From positions 247,628,001 to 247,692,000 of the forward strand of contig OZ024741.1 in assembly GCA_964016885.1 (NCBI GenBank): a DNA stretch of 64,000 bases, written 5' to 3'. The notes under the pieces are model-generated. The model made no database searches, had not been told where the DNA came from, and saw only the letters and a program-made list of their open reading frames with translations. Position numbers and translations under genes: made by a program. The stretch comes from Eledone cirrhosa. Lineage: Eukaryota. Below, piece by piece: positions 1 to 12,000 of the stretch (the stretch's first letter is position 1; each line of letters starts with the position of its first letter).

Positions 1-3000
1 CTGGAAATTATCTCCCCTTGGACGGCTGGAAATTATCTCCCCTTGGATGGCTAGATATTACCTCCCCTTGGACGGCTGGAAATTATCTCCCCTTGATTTT
101 TTTTACAAATTATCTCCCCCTGATTTTTTTTTACAAATTATCTCCCCCTGATTTTTTTTTACAAATTATCTCCCCCTGATTTTTGTTTACAAATTATCTC
201 CGCCTGATTTTTTTTTAAAAATTATCTCCCCTTGGACGGCTGGAAATTATCTCCCCTTGGACGGCTAGAAATTACCTCTCCTTGGACGGCTGAAAATTAT
301 CTCCCCTTGGACGGCTGGAAATTATCTCCCCTTGATTTTTTTACAAATTATCTCCCCCTGATTTTTTTTTTACAAATTATCTCCCCCTGATTTTTTTTTT
401 ACAAATTATCTCCCCCTGATTTTTTTACAAATTATCTCCCCCTAATTTTTTTTACAAATTATCTCCGCCTGATTTTTTTAAATATTATCTCTCCTTGGCT
501 GGCGGGAAATTATCTCCCCTAGGACGGCTGGAAATTATCTCCCCTTGGAAGGATGGAAATTATCTCCCCTTGGACGGCTGGAAATTATCTACCCCTGATT
601 TTTTTTACAAATTATCTCCCCCTGATTTTTTTTACAAATTATCTCCCCCTGATTTTTTTTTACAAATTATCTACCCCTGATTTTTTTTACAAATTATCTC
701 CCCCTGATTTTTTTTACAAATTATCTCCCCCTGATTTTTTTTACAAATTATCTCCACCTGATTTTTTTACAAATTATCTCCCCCTGATTTTTTTTACAAA
801 TTATCTTCCTCTGATTTTTTTACAAATTTTCTCCCCTTGGCTGGCTGGAAATTATCTCCCCTTGGACGGCTAGAAATTACCTCTCCTTGGATGGCTGGAA
901 ATTATCTCCCCTTGGACGGCTGGAAATTATCTCCCCTTGGACGGATAGATATTACCTCCCCTTGGACGGCTGGAAATTATCTCCCCTTGATTTTTTTACA
1001 AATTATCTCCCCCTGATTTATTTTACAAATCTGCCAATGATTTTTAAAAAAAAATTATCTCCCCTTCGCTGGCTGGAAATTATCTCCCCTTGGACGCTGG
1101 AAATTATAGCCCCTTGGAGGGCTGGAAATTATCTTCCCTTGGACGGCTGGAAATTATCTCCCCTTGATTTTTTTTACAAATTATCTCCCCCTGATTTTTT
1201 TTACAAATTATCTCCCCCTGATTTTTTTTACAAATTATCTACCCCTGATTTTTTTTACAAATTATCTCCCTCTGATTTTTTTTACAAATTATCTCCCCCT
1301 GGAGATTTTTTTTTACAAATTATCTCCCCCTGATTTTTTTTACAAATTATCTCCCCCTGATTTTTTTTACAAATTATCTACCCCTGATTTTTTTTACAAA
1401 TTATCTCCCCCTGATTTTTTTTTACAAATTATCTCCCCCTGATTTTTTTTACAAATTATCTCCCCCTGATTTTTTTACAAATTATCTCCCCCTGATTTTT
1501 TTTACAATCTCCGCCTGATTTTTTTAAAAATTATCTTCCCTTGGCTGGCTGGAAATTATCTCCCCTTGGACACTGGAAATTATAGCCCCTTGGAGGGCTG
1601 GAAATTATCTTCCCTTGGACGGCTGGAAATTATCTCCCCTTGATTTTTTTTACAAATTATCTCCGCCTGATTTTTTTTTACAAATTATCTCCCCCTGATT
1701 TTTTTTTACAAATTATCTACCCCTGATTTTTTTTTACAAATTATCTCCCCCTGATTTTTTTTACAAATTATCTCCCCCTGATTTTTCTTTTACAAATTAT
1801 CTCCCCCTGATTTTTTTACAAATTATCTCCCCCTGATTTTTTTTACAAATTATCTCCGCCTGATTTTTTTAAATATTATCTTCCCTTGGCTGGCGGGAAA
1901 TTATCTCCCCTTGGACGGCTGGAAATTATCTACCCTTGATTTTCTTTTTACAAATTATCTTCCACTGATTTTTTTTACAAATTATCTCCACCTGATTTTT
2001 TTAAAAATTATCTCCCCTTGGAAGGCTGGAAATTATCTCCCCTTGGCTGGAAATTATCTCCCCTTGGACGGCTAGAAATTATCTCTCTTTGGACGGCTGG
2101 AAATTATCACCCCTTGAGTTTTTTACAAATTATCTCCCCCTGATTTTTTTTACAAATCTCCCAGTGATTTTAAAAAAAAAATTATCTCCCCTTCGCTGGC
2201 TGGAAATTATCTCCCCTTGGACGCTGGAAATTATAGCCCCTTGGAGGGCTGGAAATTATCTTCCCTTGGACGGCTGGAAATTATCTCCCCTTGATTTTTT
2301 TTACAAATTATCTCCCCCTGATTTTTTTTTACAAATTATCTCCCCCTGATTTTTTTTACAACTTATCTGCGCCTGATTTTTTTAAAAAAATTATCTCCCC
2401 TTGGACGGCTGGAAATTATCTCCCCTTGGACGGCTGGAAATTATCTCTCCTTGGACGGCTAGAATTTACCTCTCCTTGGACGGCTGAAAATTATCTCCCC
2501 TTGGACGGCTGGAAATTATCTCCCCTTGATTTTTTTTACAAATTATCTCCCCCTGATTTTTTTTTACAAATTATCTCCCCCTGATTTTTTTACAAATTAT
2601 CTCCCCTTGGCTGGCTGGAAATTATCTCCCCTTGGAGGCTGGAACTTATCTCCCCTTGGACGGCTAGAAATTACCTCTCCTTGGACGGCTGGAAAATATG
2701 TCTCCTTGGACGGCTGGATATTATCTCCCCTTGGACGGCTGGAAATTATCTCCCCTTGGACGGCTGGAAATTATCTCCCCTTGGATGGCTAGATATTACC
2801 TCCCCTTGGACGGCTGGAAATTATCTCCCCTTGATTTTTTTTACAAATTATCTCCCCCTGATTTTTTTTACAAATTATCTCCCCCTGATTTTTTTTTACA
2901 AATTATCTCCCCCTGATTTTTGTTTACAAATTATCTCCGCCTGATTTTTTTAAATATTATCTCTCCTTGGCTGGCGGGAAATTATCTCCCCTTGGACGGC

Positions 3001-6000
3001 TGGAAATTATCTCCCCTTGGAAGGATGGAAATTATCTCCCCTTGGACGGCTGGAAATTATCTACCCCTGATTTTTTTTACAAATTATCTCCCCCTGATTT
3101 TTTTTACAAATTATCTCCCCCTGATTTTTTTTACAAATTATCTACCCCTGATTTCTTTTACAAATTATCTCCCCCTGATTTTTTTTACAAATTATCTCCC
3201 CCTGATTTTTTTTTTACAAATTATCTCCCCCTGATTTTTTTACAAATTATCTCCCCCTGATTTTTTTTACAAATTATCTCCGCCTGATTTTTTTAAATAT
3301 TATCTTCCCTTGGCTGGCTGGAAATTATCTCCCCTTGGACGGCTAGAAATTACCTCTCCTTGGACGGCTGGAAATTATCTCCCCTTGGACGGCTGGAAAT
3401 TATCTCCCCTTGGACGGATAGATATTACCTCCCCTTGGACGGCTGGAAATTATCTCCCCTTGATTTTTTTACAAATTATCTCCCCCTGATTTATTTTACA
3501 AATCTCCCAATGATTTTTAAAAAAAAATTATCTCCCCTTCGCTGGCTGGAAATTATCTCCCCTTGGACGCTGGAAATTATCTCCCCTTGGACGGCTGAAA
3601 ATTATCTCCCCTTGGACGGCTGGAAATTATCTCCCCTTGATTTTTTTTACAAATTATCTCCCCCTGATTTTTTTTTACAAATTATCTCCGCCTGATTTTT
3701 TTTACAAATTATCTCCCCCTGATTTTTTTTTACAAATTATCTCCCCCTGATTTTTTTACAAATTATCTCCCCCTGATTTTTTTTACAAATTATCTCCGCC
3801 TGATTTTTTAAAATATTATCTTCCCTTGGCTGGCGGGAAATTATCTCCCCTTGGACGGCTGGAAATTATCTGCCCTTGATTTTCTTTTTACAAATTATCT
3901 TCCACTGATTTTTTTTACAAATTATCTCCACCTGATTTTTTAAAAAATTATCTCCCCTTGGACGGCTGGAAATTATCTCCCCTTGGACGGCTGGAAATTA
4001 TCTCCCCTTGGACGGCTGGAAATTATCTCTCCTTGGACGGCTAGAATTTACCTCTCCTTGGACGGCTGAAAATTATCTCCCCTTGGACGGCTGGAAATTA
4101 TCTCCCCTTGGACGGCTGGAAATTATCTCCCCTTGGACGGCTGGAAATTATCTCTCCTTGGACGGCTAGAAATTACCTCTCCTTGGACGGCTGGAAAATA
4201 TGTCTCCTTGGACGGCTGGATATTATCTCCCCTTGGACGGCTGGAAATTATCTCCCCTTGGACGGCTGGAAATTATCTCCCCTTGGATGGCTAGATATTA
4301 CCTCCCCTTGGACGGCTGGAAATTATCTCCCCTTGATTTTTTTACAAATTATCTCCCCCTGATTTTTTTTTACAAATTATCTCCCCCTGATTTTTTTTTA
4401 CAAATTATCTCCCCCTGATTTTTGTTTACAAATTATCTCCGCCTGATTTTTTTTTTTAAATTATCTCCCCTTGGACGGCTGGAAATTATCTCCCCTTGGA
4501 CGGCTAGAAATTACCTCTCCTTGGACGGCTGAAAATTATCTCCCCTTGGACGGCTGGAAATTATCTCCCCTTGATTTTTTTACAAATTATCTCCCCCTGA
4601 TTTTTTTTTTACAAATTATCTCCCCCTGATTTTTTTTTACAAATTATCTACCCCTGATTTTTTTTTACAAATTATCTCCCCCTGATTTTTTTTTACAAAT
4701 TATCTACCCCTGATTTTTTTTACAAATTATCTCCCCCTGATTTTTTTTACAAATTATCTCCCCCTGATTTTTTTTTTACAAATTATCTCCCCCTGATTTT
4801 TTTACAAATTATCTCCCCTTGATTTTTTTTTACAACTTATCTGCGCCTGATTTTTTTAAAAAAATTATCTCCCCTTGGACGGCTGGAAATTATCTCCCCT
4901 TGGACGGCTGGAAATTATCTCTCCTTGGACGGCTAGAATTTACCTCTCCTTGGACGGCTGAAAATTATCTCCCCTTGGACGGCTGGGAATTATCTCCCCT
5001 TGATTTTTTTTACAAATTATCTCCTCCTGATTTTTTTTTACAAATTATCTCCCCCTGATTTTTTTTTACAAATTATCTCCCCCTGATTTTTTTTTACAAA
5101 TTATCTCCCCCTGATTTTTTTACAAATTATCTCCCCTTGGCTGGCTGGAAATTATCTCCCCTTGGAGCCTGGAACTTATGTCCCCTTGGACGGCTAGAAA
5201 TTACCTCTCCTTGGACGGCTGGAAAATATGTCTCCTTGGACGGCTGGATATTATCTCCCCTTGGACGGCTGGAAATTATCTCCCCTTGGACGGCTGGAAA
5301 TTATCTCCCCTTGGATGGCTAGATATTACCTCCCCTTGGACGGCTGGAAATTATCTCCCCTTGATTTTTTTTACAAATTATCTCCCCCTGATTTTTTTTT
5401 ACAAATTATCTCCCCCTGATTTTTTTTTACAAATTATCTCCCCCTGATTTTTGTTTACAAATTATCTCCGCCTATTTTTTTTTAAAAATTATCTCCCCTT
5501 GGACGGCTGGAAATTATCTCCCCTTGGACGGCTAGAAATTACCTCTCCTTGGACGGCTGAAAATTATCTCCCCTTGGACGGCTGGAAATTATCTCCCCTT
5601 GATTTTTTTACAAATTATCTCCCCCTGATTTTTTTTTTACAAATTATCTCCCCCTGATTTTTTTTTTACAAATTATCTCCCCCTGATTTTTTTACAAATT
5701 ATCTCCCCCTAATTTTTTTTACAAATTATCTCCGCCTGATTTTTTTAAATATTATCTCTCCTTGGCTGGCGGGAAATTATCTCACCTTGGACGGCTGGAA
5801 ATTATCTCCCCTTGGAAGAATGGAAATTATCTCCCCTTGGACGGCTGGAAATTATCTACCCCTGATTTTTTTTACAAATTATCTCCCCCTGATTTTTTTT
5901 ACAAATTATCTCCCCCTGATTTTTTTTTACAAATTATCTACCCCTGATTTTTTTTACAAATTATCTCCCCCTGATTTTTTTTACAAATTATCTCCCCCTG

Positions 6001-9000
6001 ATTTTTTTTTACAAATTATCTACCCCTGATTTTTTTTACAAATTATCTCCCCCTGATTTTTTTTTACAAATTATCTCCCCCTGATTTTTTTACAAATTAT
6101 CTCCCCCTGATTTTTTTTACAATCTCCGCCTGATTTTTTTAAAAATTATCTTCTCTTGGCTGGCTGGAAATTATCTCCCCTTGGACACTGGAAATTATAG
6201 CCACTTGGAGGGCTGGAAATTATCTTCCCTTGGACGGCTGGAAATTATCTCCCCTTGATTTTTTTTACAAATTATCTCCGCCTGATTTTTTTTTACAAAT
6301 TATCTCCCCCTGATTTTTTTTTACAAATTATCTACCCCTGATTTTTTTTTACAAATTATCTCCCCCTGATTTTTTTTACAAATTATCTCCCCCTGATTTC
6401 TCTTTTACAAATTATCTCCCCCTGATTTTTTTACAAATTATCTCCCCCTGATTTTTTTTACAAATTATCTCCGCCTGATTTTTTTAAATATTATCTTCCC
6501 TTGGCTGGCGGGAAATTATCTCCCCTTGGACGGCTGGAAATTATCTACCCTTGATTTTCTTTTTACAAATTATCTTCCACTGATTTTTTTTACAAATTAT
6601 CTCCACCTGATTTTTTAAAAAATTATCTACCCTTGGAAGGCTGGAAATTATCTCCCCTTGGCTGGAAATTATCTCCCCTTGGACGGCTAGAAATTATCTC
6701 TCTTTGGACGGCTGGAAATTATCACCCCTTGAGTTTTTTACAAATTATCTCCCCCTGATCTTTTTACAAATTATCTCCCCCTGATTTTTTTTACAAATTA
6801 TCTCCGCCTGATTTTTTTAAATATTATCTTCCCTTGGCTGGCGGGAAATTATCTCCCCTTGGACGGCTGAAAATTATCTCCCCTTGGACGGCTGGAAATT
6901 ATCTCCCCTTGATTTTTTTTACAAATTATCTCCCCCTGATTTTTTTTTACAAATTATCTCCCCCTGATTTTTTTACAAATTATCTCCCCTTGGACGCTGG
7001 AAATTATAGCCCCTTGGAGGGCTGGAAATTATCTTCCCTTGGACGGCTGGAAATTATCTCCCCTTGATTTTTTTTACAAATTATCTCCCCCTGATTTTTT
7101 TTACAAATTATCTCCCCCTGATTTTTTTTACAAATTATCTACCCCTAATTTTTTTTACAAATTATCTCCCCCTGATTTTTTTTTACAAATTATCTCCCCC
7201 TGATTTTTTTTTACAAATTATCTCCCCCTGATTTTTTTACAAATTATCTCCCCCTGATTTTTTTTACAATCTCCGCCTGATTTTTTTAAAAATTATCTTC
7301 TCTTGGCTGGCTGGAAATTATCTCCCCTTGGACACTGGAAATTATAGCCACTTGGAGGGCTGGAAATTATCTTCCCTTGGACGGCTGGAAATTATCACCC
7401 CTTGATTTTTTTTACAAATTATCTCCGCCTGATTTTTTTTTACAAATTATCTCCCCCTGATTTTTTTTTACAAATTATCTAACCCTGATTTTTTTTTACA
7501 AATTATCTCCCCCTGATTTTTTTTACAAATTATCTCCCCCTGATTTCTCTTTTACAAATTATCTCCCCCTGATTTTTTTACAAATTATCTCCCCCTGATT
7601 TTTTTTACAAATTATCTCCGCCTGATTTTTTTAAATATTATCTTCCCTTGGCTGGCGGGAAATTATCTCCCCTTGGACGGCTGGAAATTATCTACCCTTG
7701 ATTTTCTTTTTACAAATTATCTTCCACTGATTTTTTTTACAAATTATCTCCACCTGATTTTTTAAAAAATTATCTCCCCTTGGAAGGCTGGAAATTATCT
7801 CCCCTTGGCTGGAAATTATCTCCCCTTGGACGGCTAGAAATTATCTCTCTTTGGACGGCTGGAAATTATCACCCCTTGAGCTTTTTACAAATTATCTCCC
7901 CCTGATTTTTTTTACAAATCTCCCTGTGATTTTTTAAAAAAAATTATCTCCCCTTCGCTGGCTGGAAATTATCTCCCCTTGGACGCTGGAAATTATAGCC
8001 CCTTGGAGGGCTGGAAATTATCTTCCCTTGGACGGCTGGAAATTATCTCCCCTTGATTTTTTTTACAAATTATCTCCCCCTGATTTTTTTTACAACTTAT
8101 CTGCGCCTGATTTTTTTTTAAAAATTATCTCCCCTTGGACGGCTGGAAATTATCTCCCCTTGGACGGCTGGAAATTATCTCTCCTTGGACGGCTAGAATT
8201 TACCTCTCCTTGGACGGCTGAAAATTATCTCCCCTTGGACGGCTGGAAATTATCTCCCCTTGATTTTTTTTACAAATTATCTCCCCCTGATTTTTTTTTA
8301 CAAATTATCTCCCCCTGATTTTTTTTTACAAATTATATCCCCCTGATTTTTTTTTACAAATTATCTACCCCTGATTTTTTTTTACAAATTATCTCCCCTT
8401 GGCTGGCTGGAAATTATCTCCCCTTGGAGGCTGGAACTTATCTCCCCTTGGACGGCTAGAAATTACCTCTCCTTGGTCGGCTGGAAAATATGTCTCCTTG
8501 GACGGCTGGATATTATCTCCCCTTGGACGGCTGGAAATTATCTCCCCTTGGACGGCTGAAAATTATCTCCCCTTGATTTTTTTTACAAATTATCTCCCCC
8601 TGATTTTTTTTTACAAATTATCTCCCCCTGATTTTTGTTTACAAATTATCTCCGCCTGATTTTTTAAAAAAATTATCTCCCCTTGGACGGATAGAAATTA
8701 CCTCTCCTTGGACGGCTGAAAATTATCTCCCCTTTGACGGCTGGAAATTATCTCCCCTTGATTTTTTTACAAATTATCTCCCCCTGATTTTTTTTTTACA
8801 AATTATCTCCCCCTGATTTTTTTTTACAAATTATCTACCCCTGATTTTTTTTTACAAATTATCTCCCCCTGATTTTTTTTACAAATTATCTCCCCCTGAT
8901 TTTTTTTTACAAATTATCTCCCCCTGATTTTTTTACAAATTATCTCCCCCTGATTTTTTTTACAAATTATCTCCGCCTGATTTTTTTAAATATTATCTCT

Positions 9001-12000
9001 CCTTGGCTGGCGGGAAATTATCTCCCCTTGGACGGCTGGAAATTATCTCCCCTTGGAAGGATGGAAATTATCTCCCCTTGGACGGCTGGAAATTATCTAC
9101 CCCTGATTTTTTTTACAAATTATCTCCCCCTGATTTTTTTTACAAATTATCTCCCCCTGATTTTTTTTACAAATTATCTACCCCTGATTTTTTTTACAAA
9201 TTATCTCCCCCTGATTTTTTTTACAAATTATCTCCCCCTGATTTTTTTTTTACAAATTATCTCACCCTGATTTTTTTACAAATTATCTCCCCCTGATTTT
9301 TTTTACAAATTATCTCCGCCTGATTTTTTTAAATATTATCTTCCCTTGGCTGGCGGGAAATTATCTCCCCTTGAAGGGCTGAAAATTATCTCCCCTTGGA
9401 CGGCTGGAAATTATCTCCCCTTGATTTTTTTTACAAATTATCTCCCCCTGATTTTTTTTTACAAATTATCTCCCCCTGATTTTTTTTACAAATTATCTCC
9501 CCCTGATTTTTTTTTACAAATTATCTGCCGCTGATTTTTTTTACAAATTATCTCCCCCTGATTTTTTTACAAATTATCTCCCCTTGGCTGGCTGGAAATT
9601 ACCTCCCCTTGGAGGCTGGAATTTATCTCCCCTTGGACGGCTAGAAATTACCTCTCCTTGGACGGCTGGAAAATATGTCTCCTTGGACGGCTGGATATTA
9701 TCTCCCCTTGGACGGCTGGAAATTATCTCCCCTTGGACGGCTGGAAATTATCTCCCCTTGGACGGATAGATATTACCTCCCCTTGGACGGCTGGAAATTA
9801 TCTCCCCTTGGACGGCTGGAAATTATCTCCCCATGGACGGCTGGAAATTATCTCCCCTTGGACGGCTAGAAATTATCTCTCCTTGGACGGCTGAAAATTA
9901 TCTCCCCTTGGACGGCTGGAAATTATCTCCCGTTGGACGGCTGGAAATTATCTCGCCTTGGACGGCTAGAATTTACCTCTCCTTGGACGGCTGAAAATTA
10001 TCTCCCCTTGGACGGCTGGAAATTATCTCCCCTTGATTTTTTTTACAAATTATCTCCCCCTGATTCTTTTTTACAAATTATCTCCCCCTGATTTTTTTTT
10101 ACAAATTATCTCCCCCTGATTTTTTTTTACAAATTATCTCCCCCGGATTTTTTTTTACGAATTATCTCCCCCTGATTTTTTTTTACAAATTATCTCCCCC
10201 TGATTTTTTTTTAGAAATTATCTCCCCCTGATTTTTTTACAAATTATCTCCCCTTGGCTGGCTGGAAATTATCTCCCCTAGGAGGCTGGAACTTATCTCC
10301 CCTTGGACGGCTAGAAATTACCTCTCTTTGGACGGCTGGAAAATATGTCTCCTTGGACGGCTGGATATTATCTCCCCTTGGACGGCTGGAAATTATCTCC
10401 CCTTGGACGGCTGGAAATTATCTCCCCTTGGATGGCTAGATATTACCTCCCTTTGGACGGCTGGAAATTATCTCCCCTTGATTTTTTTTACAAATTATCT
10501 CCCCCTGATTTTTTTTTACAAATTATCTCCCCCGATTTTTTTTTACAAATTATCTCCCCCTGATTTTTTTTTACAAATTATCTCCCCCTGATTTTTGTTT
10601 ACAAATTATCTCCCCTTGGACGGCTGGAAATTATCTCCCCTTGGACGGCTAGAAATTACCTCTCCTTGGACGGCTGAAAATTATCCTCCCTTGGACGGCT
10701 GGAAATTATCTCCCCTTGATTTTTTTACAAATTATCTCCCCCTGATTTTTTTTTTACAAATTATCTCACCCTGATTTTTTTTACAAATTATCTACCCCTG
10801 ATTTTTTTTTACAAATTATCTCCCCCTGATTTTTTTTACAAATTATCTCCCACTGATTTTTTTTTTACAAATTATCTCCCCCTGATTTTTTTACAAATTA
10901 TCTCCCCCTGATTTTTTTTACAAATTATATCCGCCTGATTTTTTTAAATATTATCTCTCCTTGGCTGGCGGGAAATTATCTCCCCTTGGACGGCTGGAAA
11001 TTATCTCCCCTTGGAAGGATGGAAATTATCTCCCCTTGGACGGCTGGAAATTATCTACCCCTGATTTTTTTTACAAATTATCTCCCCCTGATTTTTTTTA
11101 CAAATTATCTCCCCCTGATTTTTTTTTTACAAATTATCTCCCCCTGATTTTTTTACAAATTATCTCCCCCTGATTTTTTTTACAAATTATCTCCGCCTGA
11201 TTTTTTAAAATATTATCTTACCTTGGCTGGCGGGAAATTATATCCCCTTGGACGGCTGAAAATTATCTCCCCTTGGACGGCTGGAAATTATCTCCCCTTG
11301 ATTTTTTTTACAAATTATCTCCCCCTGATTTTTTTTTACAAATTATCTCCCCCTGATTTTTTTTACAAATTATCTCCCCCCTGATTTTTTTACAAATTAT
11401 CTCCCCTTGGCTGGCTGGAAATTATCTCCCCTTGGAGGCTGGAACTTATCTCCCCTTGGACGGCTAGAAATTACCTCTCCTTGGACGGCTGGAAAATATG
11501 TCTCCTTGGACGGCTGGATATTATCTCCCCTTGGACGGCTGGAAATTATCTCCCCTTGGACGGCTGGAAATTATCTCCCCTTGGATGGCTAGATATTACC
11601 TCCCCTTGGACGGCTGGAAATTATCTCCCTTTGATTTTTTTTACAAATTATCTCCCCCTGATTTTTTTTTACAAATTATCTCCCCCTGATTTTTTTTTAC
11701 AAATTATCTCCCCCTGATTTTTGTTTACAAATTATCTCCGCCTGATTTTTTTTTAAAAATTATCTCCCCTTGGACGGCTGGAAATTATCTCCCCTTGGAC
11801 GGCTAGAAATTACCTCTCCTTGGACGGCTGAAAATTATCTCCCCTTGGACGGCTGGAAATTATCTCCCCTTGATTTTTTTACAAATTATCTCCCCCTGAT
11901 TTTTTTTTTACAAATTATCTCCCCCTGATTTTTTTTTACAAATTATCTACCCCTGATTTTTTTTTACAAATTATCTCCCCCTGATTTTTTTTACAAATTA

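Noticed and set aside
44-60. CpG decay (GACGG->GATGG) as evidence of methylation
   Set aside because: The TpG variant mostly sits in one recurring module context, consistent with one or a few ancestral events that were then amplified. Most CpGs are intact, so methylation cannot be inferred.
1040-1056. TnAn hairpins or T-tracts as intrinsic terminators
   Set aside because: There is no GC stem before the T-tracts and no associated genes.
1064-1082. CENP-B box (TTCG and CGGG half-motifs occur in junction monomers)
   Set aside because: The NTTCGNNNNANNCGGGN pattern is not met. The halves lie in different variants, and their homologous spacing would be 4 rather than 7 nt.
1160-1530. G-quadruplex or i-motif from C4-C5 runs
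   Set aside because: The runs are separated by ~21-23-nt loops, far longer than canonical, so the sequence alone gives no support.
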